DNA of 64,000 nucleotides from NCBI RefSeq assembly GCF_058153355.1, contig NZ_CM177019.1; one strand, 5' to 3'. Shown piece by piece: positions 1 to 16,122 of this stretch (position 1 is its first letter; each line of letters starts with the position of its first letter). The notes under the pieces were generated by a model. It saw only the letters and a program-made list of their open reading frames with translations, ran no database searches and was not told where the DNA came from. The position numbers and the translations under genes were made by a program.

Positions 1-734
1 TGTTTACCGGCACCGGGAAATTCGCTTCTTCACAACTGATGGTGGAGGCGATCCGCGCTTCCGGCAGCCAGCTGGTGACACTGGCGATGAAACGTGTCGA
101 CTTGCGCCAACACAACGATGCTATCCTCGAACCGCTTATCGCGGCGGGTGTGACCCTGCTGCCGAATACTTCCGGGGCGAAAACCGCGGAAGAAGCCATT
201 TTCGCCGCCCATCTGGCACGTGAAGCGTTAGGCACAAACTGGCTAAAATTAGAGATTCACCCTGACGCCCGCTGGCTGTTGCCCGATCCCATCGAAACCC
301 TGAAAGCCGCCGAAACACTGGTACAACAGGGATTTGTCGTGCTGCCTTACTGCGGTGCCGATCCGGTGTTGTGCAAACGTCTGGAAGAAGTCGGCTGTGC
401 AGCAGTAATGCCGCTCGGCGCGCCGATTGGCTCGAATCAGGGACTGGAAACCCGCGCCATGCTGGAGATTATTATCCAGCAAGCCACAGTTCCGGTGGTC
501 GTTGATGCTGGCATTGGCGTTCCCAGCCATGCCGCGCAGGCGCTTGAAATGGGAGCCGATGCGGTGTTAGTGAATACGGCGATTGCCGTCGCGGACGATC
601 CCGTCAACATGGCGAAGGCATTTCGTCTGGCGGTAGAAGCAGGCCTGCTGGCACGTCAGTCCGGGCCGGGCAGTCGCAGTCATTTTGCTCATGCCACTAG
701 CCCGCTGACCGGATTTCTGGAGGCATCGGCATGA
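1..734 (+). CDS. thiG: thiazole synthase ThiG, 5'-truncated by window start (reading frame begins at position 3)
   Basis: Translation matches ThiG C-terminal part; 4-bp overlap with downstream thiH as in E. coli thi operon. Confidence 0.9.
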
Positions 735-1864
735 AAACCTTCAGTGATCGCTGGCGACAACTGGACTGGGACGACATCCGCCTGCGAATCAACAGCAAAA
801 CGGCAGCTGACGTAGAGCGGGCGCTCAATGTTTCGCAACTCACTCGCGACGATATGATGGCATTGCTATCACCTGCCGCTGGTGAATACCTGGAACCACT
901 GGCCCAACGGGCGCAGCGCCTGACCCGCCAGCGATTTGGCAACGTCGTCAGCTTCTACGTCCCGCTTTATCTTTCCAATCTTTGCGCTAACGACTGCACG
1001 TACTGCGGATTTTCCATGAGCAATCGCATCAAGCGTAAAACGCTGGATGAAGCGGATATCGCCAGGGAAAGCGCCGCTATCCGGGAGATGGGCTTTGAAC
1101 ATCTATTACTGGTCACTGGTGAACATCAGGCGAAAGTGGGGATGGATTACTTTCGTCGTCATCTCCCTGTCCTGCGTGAACAGTTCTCTTCACTACAGAT
1201 GGAAGTACAGCCACTGGCGGAAGCGGAATACGCCGAGTTAAAGCAACTTGGTCTGGATGGGGTGATGGTTTATCAGGAGACATATCACGAGGCGACATAC
1301 GCCCACCATCATCTGAAAGGGAAAAAACAGGACTTCTTCTGGCGGCTGGAAACGCCGGATCGGCTGGGCCGTGCGGGGATAGATAAGATAGGCCTCGGCG
1401 CGCTAATCGGCCTTTCCGACAGCTGGCGCGTTGACTGCTATATGGTTGCCGAACATTTGCTATGGCTGCAACAACATTACTGGCAAAGCCGTTACTCTGT
1501 CTCCTTCCCGCGCCTGCGCCCGTGTACTGGCGGGATTGAGCCAGCGTCGATTATGGATGAACGCCAGTTAGTGCAAACTATCTGCGCCTTCCGCCTACTT
1601 GCGCCGGAGATTGAACTGTCACTCTCCACGCGGGAATCACCGTGGTTTCGCGATCGCGTTATTCCGCTGGCGATCAATAACGTCAGCGCCTTCTCGAAAA
1701 CGCAACCTGGTGGCTATGCCGACAATCATCCGGAGCTGGAGCAATTCTCACCGCACGACGATCGCAGGCCGGAAGCCGTTGCTGCTGCATTAACTGCTCA
1801 GGGTTTGCAGCCGGTATGGAAAGACTGGGACAACTTTCTGGGACGCGCCTCGAAAAGGACATGA
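731..1864 (+). CDS. thiH: 2-iminoacetate synthase ThiH (radical SAM, CxxxCxxC motif present)
   Basis: 377-aa ORF with [10 protein letters not shown] radical-SAM motif; position downstream of thiG. Confidence 0.92.
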
Positions 1865-2053
1865 GACAGAATGTAAGAACGTAAATTTATTCCGAGCAGC
1901 TACGGAAGATGAAAAACGCAAGGTTGTTGAAAGCGTTGTGTTTTTTTATGGTAGTGCCGTCAGCAGGAATGTTGTCCAGGGCGAAAAGCTTCTTCCTCGT
2001 TTCGCCCTGCCTTTCTTAATATTTCCCGTGAAGAATTTGCCCTCTGAATAACA

Positions 2054-2086
2054 CCCATAAAAAAACCCGCCGAAGCGGGTTTTTAC
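2054..2086 (-). terminator. rpoC intrinsic terminator (GC hairpin AAACCCGC-TTCG-GCGGGTTT followed by U-run on minus-strand transcript)
   Basis: Perfect stem-loop immediately 3' of rpoC stop with T-run. Confidence 0.85.
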
Positions 2087-2105
2087 GTTATTTGCGGATT
2101 AACGA

Positions 2106-5100
2106 TTACTCGTTATCAGAACCGCCCAGACCTGCGTTCAGCAGTTCTGCCAGGCTGGCAGATGCGTCTTCTGCAGTCACCTGCGGTGCAGCCGGAGCTT
2201 CACCTGCAGCACGGCGACGCATACGATCCTGGTGGTACGCGTAACCGGTACCTGCCGGGATCAGACGACCTACGATAACGTTCTCTTTCAGGCCGCGCAG
2301 TTCGTCGCGTTTGCCCGCAACGGCTGCTTCGGTCAGCACGCGAGTGGTCTCCTGGAACGATGCCGCGGAGATGAAGGACTCGGTTGCCAGAGACGCTTTG
2401 GTGATACCCAGCAGATCGCGGGAGTAAGTTGCACCCACTTTGCCGTTCGCTTCCAGTTCGCGGTTTGCGATCTTGACGCGAGAGTATTCAACCTGTTCGC
2501 CTTCCAGGAAGTCGGAGCTGCCCGCGTTAACGATGGTAGCTTTACGCAGCATCTGACGAACGATAACTTCGATGTGTTTATCGTTAATCTTAACGCCCTG
2601 CAGACGGTATACGTCCTGTACTTCATTAACGATGTAACGAGTCACAGCATGAACACCACGCAGACGCAGAATGTCATGCGGCGCTTCCGGACCATCGGAA
2701 ATTACGTCACCACGTTCTACACGTTCACCTTCGAACACGTTGAGCTGACGCCATTTCGGAATCATCTCTTCGTACGGCTCGCTACCGTCTACCGGGGTGA
2801 TAACCAGACGACGTTTACCTTTGGTTTCTTTACCGAAGGAAACCACACCGCTGATTTCAGCCAGGATTGCCGGCTCTTTCGGACGACGTGCTTCGAACAG
2901 GTCCGCAACGCGTGGCAGACCACCGGTGATGTCCTTGGTACCGCCAGATTCTTGCGGAATACGCGCCAGGGTGTCACCAGAGCTGATCTGTACGCCATCT
3001 TCCAGCTGAACAATCGCTTTACCCGGCAGGAAGTACTGCGCAGGCATGTCGGTACCCGGGATGAGAACGTCATTACCCTGAGCATCAACAATTTTCAGTG
3101 CCGGACGCAGATCTTTACCACCTGCGGTACGTTCTGCGGAATCCAGAACCACCAGCGAAGACAGACCGGTCAATTCGTCGGTCTGACGAGTAATGGTCTG
3201 GCCGTCGATCATGTCAGTAAAGCGTACAAAACCGCTTACTTCGGTGATAACCGGCATGGTGTGCGGGTCCCAGTTTGCAACGGTCTCGCCGCCAGCAACC
3301 TGTTCGCCATCGCCTTTCGCCAGTACTGCACCGTAAGGCACTTTATAGCTTTCTTTGGTACGACCGAATTCGTCGATCAGTTTCAGTTCGGTGTTACGGG
3401 AAGTGATAACCAGTTTACCGCTGGAGTTCACAACCGACTTCACGTTGCTGAGCTTGATGCTACCTTTGTTTTTCACCTGGATGCTGGATTCAGCAGCCGC
3501 ACGAGATGCCGCACCACCGATGTGGAACGTACGCATGGTCAGCTGTGTACCCGGTTCACCGATGGACTGTGCCGCGATAACACCGATTGCTTCACCTTTG
3601 TTGATGATGTGGCCACGTGCCAGGTCACGACCGTAGCAGTGCGCACATACACCAAAGTCGGTGTCACAAGATACAACAGAACGTACTTTAACCGCGTCGA
3701 CAGAGTTCTCTTCCAGCAGGTCACACCACTGTTCGTGCAGCAGCGTGTTGCGCGGAACGAGGATATCAGCAGTACCCGGCTTCAGAACGTCTTCAGCAGT
3801 TACACGACCCAGTACGCGATCGCGCAGCGGCTCTTTAACGTCACCACCTTCGATAACCGGAGTCATCATGATACCTTCATGAGTACCACAATCGTCTTCG
3901 GTAACCACCAGGTCCTGCGCCACGTCAACCAGACGACGAGTCAGGTAACCGGAGTTCGCAGTTTTCAGTGCGGTATCCGCCAGACCTTTACGAGCACCGT
4001 GGGTTGAGATGAAGTACTGGAGTACGTTCAGACCTTCACGGAAGTTCGCGGTGATTGGCGTTTCGATGATGGAGCCATCCGGCTTCGCCATCAGACCACG
4101 CATACCCGCCAGCTGACGAATCTGTGCCGCAGAACCACGCGCACCGGAGTCGGCCATCATGTAGATGCTGTTGAAGGAAACCTGCTTCTCTTCCTGACCG
4201 TCACGGTTAATAACGGTTTCAGTTTGCAGATTATCCATCATCGCTTTGGATACACGATCGTTCGCCGCAGCCCAGATATCGATAACTTTGTTGTAGCGTT
4301 CGCCCGCAGTTACCAGACCAGACTGGAACTGCTCCTGAATCTCAGCAACTTCAGCTTCTGCCTCGGAGATGATTTCGTGTTTCTTCTCCGGGATGACCAT
4401 GTCATCGATACCAACAGATGCACCAGAACGCGCTGCATATGCAAAGCCGGTGTACATGATCTGGTCCGCAAAAATAACGGTCGGTTTCAGACCGAGAATG
4501 CGGTAGCAGGTGTTCAGCATTTTGGAGATTGCTTTCTTACCCAGCGCCTGGTTGACGATGGAGTAAGGCAGACCTTTCGGTACAATCATCCACAGAATGG
4601 CACGGCCAACGGTCGTATCTTTCAGACTGGTTTTCGCTACTAATTCACCGTTAGCATCTTTTTCATACTCGGTGATACGCACTTTAACGCGCGCATGCAG
4701 AGAAGCCAGACCAGAGCGATACAGACGTTCTGCTTCTTTCGGGCCAGTCAGTACCATGCCTTCGCCTTTGGCGTTAACACAGTCACGGGTCATGTAGTAC
4801 AGACCCAATACAACGTCCTGAGACGGAACGATGATTGGTTCGCCGTTCGCCGGGGACAGGATGTTGTTGGTAGACATCATCAGCGCACGCGCTTCCAGCT
4901 GTGCTTCCAGCGTCAGCGGTACGTGAACAGCCATCTGGTCACCATCGAAGTCGGCGTTATATGCCGCACAAACCAGCGGGTGCAGCTGGATAGCTTTACC
5001 TTCGATCAGTACCGGTTCAAATGCCTGGATACCCAGACGGTGCAGAGTCGGTGCACGGTTCAGCAGTACCGGGTGTTCGCGGATAACTTCGTCCAGGATA

Positions 5101-6329
5101 TCCCAAACGACAGCTTCTTCGCGCTCAACCATTTTCTTCGCAGCTTTAATGGTGGTAGCAAGACCACGCAGTTCCAGCTTGCCGTAGATGAACGGTTTGA
5201 ACAGTTCCAGTGCCATTTTCTTCGGCAGACCGCACTGATGCAGACGCAGGTATGGACCTACGGTGATTACAGAACGACCGGAGTAGTCAACACGCTTACC
5301 GAGCAGGTTCTGACGGAAACGACCCTGTTTACCTTTGATCATGTCGGCCAAAGATTTCAGAGGACGCTTGTTAGAACCGGTGATCGCACGACCGCGACGA
5401 CCGTTATCCAACAGGGCGTCTACCGCTTCCTGCAGCATACGTTTTTCGTTACGTACGATGATGTCCGGCGCAGCCAGATCCAGCAGACGTTTGAGACGGT
5501 TGTTACGGTTAATGACGCGACGATACAGATCGTTCAGGTCAGAAGTCGCGAAACGACCACCATCCAGCGGAACCAGCGGACGCAGATCTGGCGGCAGTAC
5601 CGGCAGAACGGTCAGGATCATCCACTCTGGTTTGTTACCAGACTGAACGAACGCTTCCAGCAGTTTGATACGCTTGGTCAGCTTCTTACGCTTAGTTTCG
5701 GAGTTGGTTTCGTTCAGCTCTTCACGCAGCTGTTCGCACTCTTGCTCCAGATCCATGCTCTTCAGCAGAGCCTGGATTGCTTCCGCACCCATCTTCGCGT
5801 CGAATTCGTCACCGAACTCTTCCAGCGCATCCAGATACTGCTCTTCAGTCAGGATCTGCTGACGTTCCAGGTTGGTCATACCGCCTTCGATAACTACATA
5901 GGATTCGAAGTACAGTACGCGTTCGATATCGCGCAGCGGCATATCGAGCAGCAGGCCGATACGGGACGGCAGCGATTTCAGGAACCAGATGTGCGCAGTC
6001 GGGGAAGCCAGTTCGATGTGGCCCATACGCTCACGACGTACTTTGGTCTGGGTCACTTCAACGCCGCACTTCTCACAGATGACGCCACGGTGTTTCAGGC
6101 GCTTGTACTTACCGCACAGGCACTCGTAATCTTTTACCGGCCCAAAGATACGGGCGCAGAAAAGGCCGTCACGTTCTGGTTTGAACGTACGGTAGTTGAT
6201 GGTTTCCGGCTTTTTAACTTCACCGAAAGACCATGAACGGATCATGTCTGGCGAAGCCAGAGCAATTTTGATCGCATCAAACTCTTCGGTTTTAGTCTGC
6301 GCTTTCAGAAACTTTAATAAATCTTTCAC
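2106..6329 (-). CDS. rpoC: DNA-directed RNA polymerase subunit beta'
   Basis: 1407-aa ORF, unmistakable RpoC sequence (NADFDGD catalytic motif). Confidence 0.99.
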   Translation of the reverse strand: MKDLLKFLKAQTKTEEFDAIKIALASPDMIRSWSFGEVKKPETINYRTFKPERDGLFCARIFGPVKDYECLCGKYKRLKHRGVICEKCGVEVTQTKVRRERMGHIELASPTAHIWFLKSLPSRIGLLLDMPLRDIERVLYFESYVVIEGGMTNLERQQILTEEQYLDALEEFGDEFDAKMGAEAIQALLKSMDLEQECEQLREELNETNSETKRKKLTKRIKLLEAFVQSGNKPEWMILTVLPVLPPDLRPLVPLDGGRFATSDLNDLYRRVINRNNRLKRLLDLAAPDIIVRNEKRMLQEAVDALLDNGRRGRAITGSNKRPLKSLADMIKGKQGRFRQNLLGKRVDYSGRSVITVGPYLRLHQCGLPKKMALELFKPFIYGKLELRGLATTIKAAKKMVEREEAVVWDILDEVIREHPVLLNRAPTLHRLGIQAFEPVLIEGKAIQLHPLVCAAYNADFDGDQMAVHVPLTLEAQLEARALMMSTNNILSPANGEPIIVPSQDVVLGLYYMTRDCVNAKGEGMVLTGPKEAERLYRSGLASLHARVKVRITEYEKDANGELVAKTSLKDTTVGRAILWMIVPKGLPYSIVNQALGKKAISKMLNTCYRILGLKPTVIFADQIMYTGFAYAARSGASVGIDDMVIPEKKHEIISEAEAEVAEIQEQFQSGLVTAGERYNKVIDIWAAANDRVSKAMMDNLQTETVINRDGQEEKQVSFNSIYMMADSGARGSAAQIRQLAGMRGLMAKPDGSIIETPITANFREGLNVLQYFISTHGARKGLADTALKTANSGYLTRRLVDVAQDLVVTEDDCGTHEGIMMTPVIEGGDVKEPLRDRVLGRVTAEDVLKPGTADILVPRNTLLHEQWCDLLEENSVDAVKVRSVVSCDTDFGVCAHCYGRDLARGHIINKGEAIGVIAAQSIGEPGTQLTMRTFHIGGAASRAAAESSIQVKNKGSIKLSNVKSVVNSSGKLVITSRNTELKLIDEFGRTKESYKVPYGAVLAKGDGEQVAGGETVANWDPHTMPVITEVSGFVRFTDMIDGQTITRQTDELTGLSSLVVLDSAERTAGGKDLRPALKIVDAQGNDVLIPGTDMPAQYFLPGKAIVQLEDGVQISSGDTLARIPQESGGTKDITGGLPRVADLFEARRPKEPAILAEISGVVSFGKETKGKRRLVITPVDGSEPYEEMIPKWRQLNVFEGERVERGDVISDGPEAPHDILRLRGVHAVTRYIVNEVQDVYRLQGVKINDKHIEVIVRQMLRKATIVNAGSSDFLEGEQVEYSRVKIANRELEANGKVGATYSRDLLGITKASLATESFISAASFQETTRVLTEAAVAGKRDELRGLKENVIVGRLIPAGTGYAYHQDRMRRRAAGEAPAAPQVTAEDASASLAELLNAGLGGSDNE

Positions 6330-6405
6330 GGATTTGCTCCCGTCGGAGTTAGCACAATCCGCTGCCGGGTTTTACCCCGACAGCAGTGACCTGTTTGAGC
6401 GAGAA

Positions 6406-9400
6406 TTACTCGTCTTCCAGTTCGATGTTGATACCCAGCGAACGAATCTCTTTCAACAATACGTTGAAGGATTCTGGCATGCCCGGCTCCATCTGATGGT
6501 TGCCGTCCACGATGTTTTTATACATCTTGGTACGACCGTTCACGTCATCAGACTTAACGGTGAGCATTTCCTGCAGGGTGTATGCTGCGCCGTATGCTTC
6601 CAGCGCCCACACTTCCATCTCCCCGAAACGCTGACCACCGAACTGTGCCTTACCACCCAGCGGCTGCTGAGTAACCAGGCTGTAAGAACCGGTGGAACGC
6701 GCGTGCATCTTGTCGTCGACCAAGTGGTTCAGTTTCAGCATGTACATGTAACCCACGGTTACCGGACGTTCGAACTGTTCACCAGTGCGACCGTCGTACA
6801 GGCGGATCTGACCAGAAGTCGGCAGGTCGCCAAGTTTCAGCAGTTCTTTAATTTCTGCTTCTTTCGCACCGTCGAAGACCGGCGTTGCGATTGGCATACC
6901 TTTGCGCAGGTTTTCAGCCAGACGCATAACTTCTTCATCGCTGAAGGTACTTAGGTCAACTTTCTGACGAACGTCAGCGCCCAGATCGTACGCACGCTGG
7001 ATGAATTCGCGCAGTTTCGCGACTTCTTGCTGCTGTTTCAGCATGGCGTTGATCTTGTCGCCGATACCTTTCGCAGCCATACCCAGGTGGGTTTCGAGGA
7101 TCTGACCGATGTTCATACGAGACGGTACGCCCAGCGGGTTCAGTACGATGTCTACCGGTGTACCGTTTTCATCGTAAGGCATATCTTCGATCGGGTTGAT
7201 CTTAGAAATTACACCCTTGTTACCGTGACGGCCTGCCATCTTGTCACCAGGCTGGATACGGCGTTTAACCGCCAGATATACCTTAACAATCTTCAGCACG
7301 CCCGGTGCCAGATCGTCGCCCTGGGTGATTTTGCGGCGTTTCGCTTCGAGTTTCTTCTCGAACTCGTGTTTCAGTTCGTCATACTGCTCAGCCAGCTGTT
7401 CCAGCTGATTTTGTTTCTCTTCGTCGGTCAGGCCCAGCTCCAACCAGCGATCGCGCGGCAGTTTGTCGAGCTTCTCAGCTTCAACGCCACCGGCTACCAG
7501 CACAGCACGGATACGGCTGAACAGACCCGCTTCGAGGATCTGCAGTTCTTCAGACAGGTCTTTCTTCGCCTGTTTGAGCTGCATTTCTTCGATTTCCAGC
7601 GCACGTTTGTCTTTTTCTACGCCATCGCGAGTAAAGACCTGAACGTCGATAACCGTACCGGATACACCGTTTGGTACGCGCAGAGAAGAGTCTTTAACGT
7701 CAGACGCTTTCTCACCGAAGATCGCACGCAGCAGTTTTTCTTCTGGGGTCAGCTGAGTTTCACCTTTCGGCGTTACCTTACCAACCAGAATGTCGCCACC
7801 GGTCACTTCCGCACCAATGTAAACGATACCGGATTCATCCAGTTTGGAGAGCGCAGCTTCCCCCACGTTCGGGATGTCAGCGGTGATCTCTTCTGGCCCC
7901 AGCTTGGTGTCACGGGACACACATGCCAGTTCCTGAATGTGAATGGTGGTGAAACGATCTTCCTGAACAACACGCTCGGATACGAGGATGGAGTCTTCGA
8001 AGTTGTAACCATTCCACGGCATGAACGCTACGCGCATGTTCTGACCGAGCGCCAGTTCACCGAGGTCGGTGGACGGACCGTCTGCCAGCACGTCGCCACG
8101 TTCTACCGGTTCACCCAGAGACACACACGGCATCTGGTTGATACAGGTGTTCTGGTTAGAACGGGTGTACTTGGTCAGGTTGTAGATGTCGATACCTGCT
8201 TCACCCGGATACATCTCATCTTCATTAACTTTGATAACGATACGGGAAGCATCCACGTACTGAACGACACCACCACGTTTAGCAACCGCAGTTACACCGG
8301 AGTCAACGGCAACAGCACGTTCCATACCCGTACCAACCAGCGGCTTATCAGCACGCAGAGTCGGAACGGCCTGACGTTGCATGTTCGCACCCATCAATGC
8401 ACGGTTGGCGTCATCGTGTTCAAGGAACGGGATCAGGGACGCACCGACGGATACCACCTGCTGGGTGGATACGTCCATGTAGTCAACCTGGTCGCGGCTG
8501 AACAAGCTGGATTCGCCTTTGCTACGGCAAGTTACCAGGTCTTCTACGAAGTGGCCTTCTTCATCCAGGTTGGAGTTCGCCTGGGCGATAACGTAGTTGC
8601 CTTCTTCGATAGCAGACAGGTAGTGAATTTCGTCGGTTACAACACCGTCGATCACTTTACGGTACGGCGTCTCAAGGAAGCCATATTCGTTAGTCTGTGC
8701 GTACACGGACAGGGAGTTGATCAGACCGATGTTCGGGCCTTCAGGAGTTTCGATTGGACATACGCGACCGTAGTGAGTCGGGTGTACGTCTCGAACTTCG
8801 AAGCCTGCACGTTCACGGGTCAGACCGCCTGGGCCGAGTGCGGAGATACGACGCTTGTGCGTAATCTCAGACAGCGGGTTGTTCTGGTCCATAAACTGAG
8901 ACAGCTGGCTGGAACCAAAGAACTCTTTCACTGCTGCGGAAATCGGTTTGGCGTTGATCATATCCTGAGGCATCAGGGTATCCAGATCGCCCAGAGACAA
9001 ACGCTCTTTCACCGCACGCTCTACACGTACCAGGCCAACGCGGAACTGGTTTTCCGCCATTTCGCCAACGGAACGGATACGACGGTTACCGAGGTGGTCG
9101 ATATCATCGACTTCGCCTTTACCGTTACGGATATCGATGAGCTTTTTCATAACATCAATGATGTCGTCTTTGCTCAGGATACCGGAACCTTCGATTTCGT
9201 CGCGCAGCAGAGAACGGTTGAACTTCATACGACCAACCGCAGACAAGTCATAGCGGTCTTCGGAGAAGAACAGGTTCTCGAACAGGCTTTCAGCGGCTTC
9301 ACGAGTCGGCGGCTCGCCAGGGCGCATCATGCGGTAGATTTCTACCAGTGCGCTCAGACGATCGTTAGTTGGGTCGACACGTAAGGTTTCAGAGATATAC

Positions 9401-10434
9401 GGGCCGTGATCCAGATCGTTGGTGAACAGCGTTTCGATACGCTTGTGACCAGACTGGCTCAGCTTAGCCAGCAGATCCAGGCTCAGCTCCATGTTCGCAG
9501 CACAGATCAGCTCACCAGTAGACTCATCAATGTAGTCTTTAGCAACCACTTTACCTGCGATGTACTCAACCGGGACTTCGATCAGTTTGACGTCGTCTTT
9601 TTCCAGCTGGCGAATGTGGCGCGCAGTAATGCGGCGGCCTTTTTCTACGTACACTTTACCGTTAGCTTCGATGTCAAAAGATGCGGTTTCACCACGCAGG
9701 CGTTCCGGCACCAGTTCCATCTGCAGCTTGTTATCACGGATTTCAAAGATAACTTTTTCAAAGAACAGGTCGAGGATCTGCTCTGTGGTGTAGTTCAGGG
9801 CACGCAGAATGATGGTCGCAGGCAGTTTACGGCGACGGTCGATACGTACGAACAGGTTGTCCTTCGGATCGAATTCGAAGTCCAGCCAGGAACCACGGTA
9901 AGGGATGATGCGCGCGTTATACAGCACTTTACCCGAAGAGTGGGTTTTACCTTTGTCGGAGTCAAAGAAGACGCCCGGACTACGGTGCAGCTGGGAAACG
10001 ATAACACGCTCAGTACCGTTGATAACAAAGGTACCGTTGTCCGTCATGAGCGGAATTTCGCCCATGTAGACTTCTTGTTCTTTAATGTCTTTTACGGTGC
10101 CTTCCGGCGCTTCGCGCTCATAGATCACCAGACGCAGTTTAACGCGCAGCGGTGCGGAATAGGTCACGCCACGGATTTGACATTCCTGGACGTCAAACAC
10201 CGGTTCGCCAAGGCGGTAGCTGACGTATTGCAGCTCGGAATTACCGCTGTAGCTCTGAATCGGGAATACGGAACGGAAAGCAGCTTCCAGACCATACTGC
10301 CCTTCAGGATCTTGCTCGATAAATTTCTGAAACGAGTCAAGCTGGATAGAAAGGAGATAAGGTACATCCAGAACTTGTGGACGTTTACCAAAATCCTTAC
10401 GAATACGTTTTTTCTCGGTATAGGAGTAAACCAT
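6406..10434 (-). CDS. rpoB: DNA-directed RNA polymerase subunit beta (start at MVYSYTEKK; six-frame ORF extends 11 codons further upstream)
   Basis: 1342-aa RpoB sequence; canonical N-terminus [16 protein letters not shown]. Confidence 0.98.
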   Translation of the reverse strand: MVYSYTEKKRIRKDFGKRPQVLDVPYLLSIQLDSFQKFIEQDPEGQYGLEAAFRSVFPIQSYSGNSELQYVSYRLGEPVFDVQECQIRGVTYSAPLRVKLRLVIYEREAPEGTVKDIKEQEVYMGEIPLMTDNGTFVINGTERVIVSQLHRSPGVFFDSDKGKTHSSGKVLYNARIIPYRGSWLDFEFDPKDNLFVRIDRRRKLPATIILRALNYTTEQILDLFFEKVIFEIRDNKLQMELVPERLRGETASFDIEANGKVYVEKGRRITARHIRQLEKDDVKLIEVPVEYIAGKVVAKDYIDESTGELICAANMELSLDLLAKLSQSGHKRIETLFTNDLDHGPYISETLRVDPTNDRLSALVEIYRMMRPGEPPTREAAESLFENLFFSEDRYDLSAVGRMKFNRSLLRDEIEGSGILSKDDIIDVMKKLIDIRNGKGEVDDIDHLGNRRIRSVGEMAENQFRVGLVRVERAVKERLSLGDLDTLMPQDMINAKPISAAVKEFFGSSQLSQFMDQNNPLSEITHKRRISALGPGGLTRERAGFEVRDVHPTHYGRVCPIETPEGPNIGLINSLSVYAQTNEYGFLETPYRKVIDGVVTDEIHYLSAIEEGNYVIAQANSNLDEEGHFVEDLVTCRSKGESSLFSRDQVDYMDVSTQQVVSVGASLIPFLEHDDANRALMGANMQRQAVPTLRADKPLVGTGMERAVAVDSGVTAVAKRGGVVQYVDASRIVIKVNEDEMYPGEAGIDIYNLTKYTRSNQNTCINQMPCVSLGEPVERGDVLADGPSTDLGELALGQNMRVAFMPWNGYNFEDSILVSERVVQEDRFTTIHIQELACVSRDTKLGPEEITADIPNVGEAALSKLDESGIVYIGAEVTGGDILVGKVTPKGETQLTPEEKLLRAIFGEKASDVKDSSLRVPNGVSGTVIDVQVFTRDGVEKDKRALEIEEMQLKQAKKDLSEELQILEAGLFSRIRAVLVAGGVEAEKLDKLPRDRWLELGLTDEEKQNQLEQLAEQYDELKHEFEKKLEAKRRKITQGDDLAPGVLKIVKVYLAVKRRIQPGDKMAGRHGNKGVISKINPIEDMPYDENGTPVDIVLNPLGVPSRMNIGQILETHLGMAAKGIGDKINAMLKQQQEVAKLREFIQRAYDLGADVRQKVDLSTFSDEEVMRLAENLRKGMPIATPVFDGAKEAEIKELLKLGDLPTSGQIRLYDGRTGEQFERPVTVGYMYMLKLNHLVDDKMHARSTGSYSLVTQQPLGGKAQFGGQRFGEMEVWALEAYGAAYTLQEMLTVKSDDVNGRTKMYKNIVDGNHQMEPGMPESFNVLLKEIRSLGINIELEDE

Positions 10435-10688
10435 AGGGTTCCTCAGCTCGCTGACAAGTCGACCCATCTGTCCATTGAGCGGACAGTTTGTGCAACACTA
10501 TTTTGTTGACCGGAAAATGGAACACTTTCCGCAATGCCTGTTGCTATCACGCTTAAACCATTTCATTGCGATTTACACAGAACGGGCGTCCTGTCGCAGT
10601 ATATTAAGTCGTCGATAGAAACAAGCATTGAAAGGCACAGCAGTAGTCAAACAGTGTGAAACGCTACTGGCGCCTTACAGCGCAAAAA

Positions 10689-10714
10689 GGCTGGTGACTA
10701 AAAAGTCACCAGCC
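10689..10714 (-). terminator. rplL-rpoB intergenic attenuator hairpin (GGCTGGTGACT-loop-AGTCACCAGCC with U-run)
   Basis: Stem-loop plus T-run in the approx 320-bp rplL-rpoB spacer, position of the known partial terminator. Confidence 0.75.
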
Positions 10715-10753
10715 ATCAGCCTGATTTCTCAGGCTGCAACCGGAAGGGTTGGC

Positions 10754-11119
<366 letters not shown>

Positions 11120-11185
11120 TTAAATTGTTCCTGAATATCAGAATAAGTTTATACGTAAGCGAATGCGTTAAAAAGATAACTGCGA

Positions 11186-11683
11186 TTAAGCAGCTTCTTT
11201 CGCATCGCGTACAGCAGCCAGAGTACGAACCAGTTTGCCAGCCGAAGCTTCTTTCATGGTTGCCATCAGGCGTGCAATTGCTTCTTCGTAGGTCGGCAGA
11301 GTTGCCAGGCGGTCGATCTGAGACGCCGGGATCAGCTCACCTTCAAAGGCAGCGGCTTTGACCTCAAATTTTGCATTCGCTTTCGCGAACTCTTTGAACA
11401 GACGAGCAGCAGCGCCCGGATGTTCCATAGAGTATGCAATCAGGGTCGGACCAACAAACGCGTCTTTCAGGCACTCGAACGGAGTACCTTCAACAGCACG
11501 GCGCAGCAGGGTGTTACGAACAACACGCATGTATACGCCAGCTTCGCGACCTGCTTTACGCAGTTCAGTCATTTTATCTACAGTTACGCCACGGGAATCC
11601 GCAACTACTGCAGACAGCGCGCCTTTGGCTACTTCGCTGACTTCAGCAACAATCGCTTGTTTGTCTTGAAGATTTAAAGCCAT
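11186..11683 (-). CDS. rplJ: 50S ribosomal protein L10
   Basis: 165-aa [15 protein letters not shown]... Confidence 0.98.
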
Positions 11684-12095
11684 TAGCTTTGCTCCTGGAT
11701 GTTTGCCAGAGAAAATCTCTGGAACTCACTTCACTCCTCCAAACGGAGAGAGCGTCTTAATTACGGTGAGCAGAAACAAGCCAGAATATAAAAGAATAAT
11801 CTTAGCGTTCTGTCACCGTCTACGCAGGGGATTAAGTTTCTTGCGAAACTCCTGCGGTCTTCGACGGAGGCCTGGATAGGCCAGGCTCCAACGAACAAAT
11901 CTTTTCTATCCGTCGCTATTCAGCTTGTAGCGGCGTTGGCTTCCTTCGTTCGCACCAGTCACATAGTTAGCTATGCTCCTGGCGACTCACTCAGTTGCCG
12001 CCTTGCTACAACCCGAATATCTCGGATATACGTCTGCATTAAGCATTATACGTGGGGGTAAGATTGTAGACAAAATCACCGCCCACGTAAAGGCA
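11684..12095 (-). promoter_or_regulatory. rplJ (L10) promoter and long autoregulatory mRNA leader
   Basis: 412-bp untranslated spacer between rplA stop and rplJ start, same length as in K-12; known site of L10-(L12)4 translational feedback. Confidence 0.7.
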
Positions 12096-13295
<1,200 letters not shown>

Positions 13296-13304
13296 TTACG
13301 GGCA

Positions 13305-13353
13305 AGGCCCATAAAAACAAAAGGCGCGAAATTGTATTCCAATCTCGCGCCTT
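13305..13353 (-). terminator. nusG intrinsic terminator
   Basis: Hairpin AAGGCGCGAGATTGGAATACAATTTCGCGCCTT followed by TTTGTTTTT on the minus-strand transcript. Confidence 0.7.
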
Positions 13354-13390
13354 GTGCAACGATTAAATCGCCGCTTTTTTGATCGCTGGG

Positions 13391-13936
13391 TTAGGCTTTT
13401 TCAACCTGGCTGAAGTCCAGCTCTACCGGGGTCGCACGACCGAAGATAGAAACAGACACTTTCAGACGAGATTTCTCGTAATCAACTTCTTCAACAACAC
13501 CGTTGAAGTCAGCGAACGGACCATCATTAACACGAACCATTTCACCCGGTTCAAACAGCGTTTTCGGACGCGGCTTATCGCCAACCTGCTGCAGGCGATT
13601 CATAATCGCATCCACTTCTTTATCGCTGATTGGCGCAGGACGATCGGAAGTACCGCCGATGAAGCCCATCACACGCGGTACGCTGCGCACCAGGTGCCAG
13701 CTCGCGTCGTTCATCACCATCTGAACGAGGACGTAGCCAGGGAAGAATTTGCGTTCGCTTTTGCGACGCTGTCCGCCACGGATTTCAACCACTTCTTCGG
13801 TTGGTACCATGACTTCACCAAACAAATCTTCCATGTTATGTAATTTGATATGCTCACGTAGCGACGTTGCTACGCGGCCTTCAAAACCGGAAAACGCCTG
13901 AACGACGTACCAGCGCTTTTTAGGAGCTTCAGACAT
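13391..13936 (-). CDS. nusG: transcription termination/antitermination factor NusG
   Basis: 181-aa [25 protein letters not shown]... Confidence 0.98.
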
Positions 13937-13937
13937 C

Positions 13938-14321
13938 TCAGAACCTCAGGCCAGTGATAAAGGATACCAGGCGAACCAGAATACCATCCAGTCCCCACAG
14001 GATCAGTGACATTACTGCGGTAACCGCAGCCACAATCAGCGTGGTGTGCAATGTTTCCTGGCGAGTCGGCCAAATGACCTTACGGACTTCGATACGCGCT
14101 TCACGGGCAAAAGCAACGGTTGCTTTTCCTTTTGTCGTTAACAGCGCGACACCACCCGCTGCAGCAATCAGAATTACTACGGCCAGCGCACGCAGCGGCA
14201 GCATAATGTCGCGATAAAGGTAGTTGCCGACAATTGCTACCAGGAGCAATGCCACCACAACGACCCACTTCATCGCTTCCAGGCCGCGCCCGCTTCCTTG
14301 AGCTTCGGTATTCGCACTCAT
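13938..14321 (-). CDS. secE: preprotein translocase subunit SecE
   Basis: 127-aa membrane protein directly upstream of nusG. Confidence 0.97.
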   Translation of the reverse strand: MSANTEAQGSGRGLEAMKWVVVVALLLVAIVGNYLYRDIMLPLRALAVVILIAAAGGVALLTTKGKATVAFAREARIEVRKVIWPTRQETLHTTLIVAAVTAVMSLILWGLDGILVRLVSFITGLRF

Positions 14322-14493
14322 AAACCAACCTGTCAGAAGTATTCTACAAACATTTTCACCCCGCGATCGCGAGGCAAACCAAATCGAAACGCGTATTAGC
14401 TTTTCGGATTATACGCCCTCAACAGAGCCTGTCTCAGCAATGATTATGACAAAGAAAATCACTGATGAGCCAGGTTCTGGTACGAAAGCGTGC

Positions 14494-14522
14494 AAAAAGG
14501 GCATCAAATGATGCCCTTTTAG
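14494..14522 (-). terminator. tufB intrinsic terminator (AAGGGCATCA-loop-TGATGCCCTT flanked by A/T runs, bidirectional shape)
   Basis: Stem-loop with T-run 30 bp downstream of tufB stop. Confidence 0.8.
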
Positions 14523-14550
14523 TGCGCATTGCGTCAAATGTTATCGGCAA

Positions 14551-15771
<1,221 letters not shown>

Positions 15772-15849
15772 TCACCACATCAACCAGGCAACATGCCCGA
15801 CTTGTTGAATGCAATAAACAGAAGGAAAAAACAGGGAGGAGAAAAGAAG

Positions 15850-15925
15850 TGGTGCTGATAGGCAGATTCGAACTGCCGACCTCACCCTTACCAAGGGTGC
15901 GCTCTACCAACTGAGCTATATCAGC
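15850..15925 (-). tRNA. thrT: tRNA-Thr (GGU)
   Basis: 76-nt sequence; reverse complement reads GCTGATATAGCTCAGTTGGTAGAGCGCACCCTTGGTAAGGGTGAGGTCGGCAGTTCGAATCTGCCTATCAGCACCA. Confidence 0.95.
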
Positions 15926-15931
15926 ACATCT

Positions 15932-16006
<75 letters not shown>

Positions 16007-16122
16007 ATCCTGGAACTCGGCTACCTGATTTTCATTCTGCACTGAATATCGAGAGAAGCTCTCTTTATTCGAGCCGGTAAGCGAACTTATCGTCTCGGGC
16101 TACGCCATCGCGTGGCCGAAAT

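Noticed and set aside
2232-6236. Very long plus-strand ORFs (591 aa and 513 aa) antisense to rpoC
   Set aside because: They lie entirely within the rpoC coding region on the opposite strand. Antisense frames of highly expressed, codon-biased genes commonly lack stop codons. No independent start signals or recognisable protein features.
7027-10509. Long plus-strand ORFs (785 aa and 367 aa) antisense to rpoB
   Set aside because: Same shadow-ORF artefact as for rpoC; low-complexity translations with no motif.
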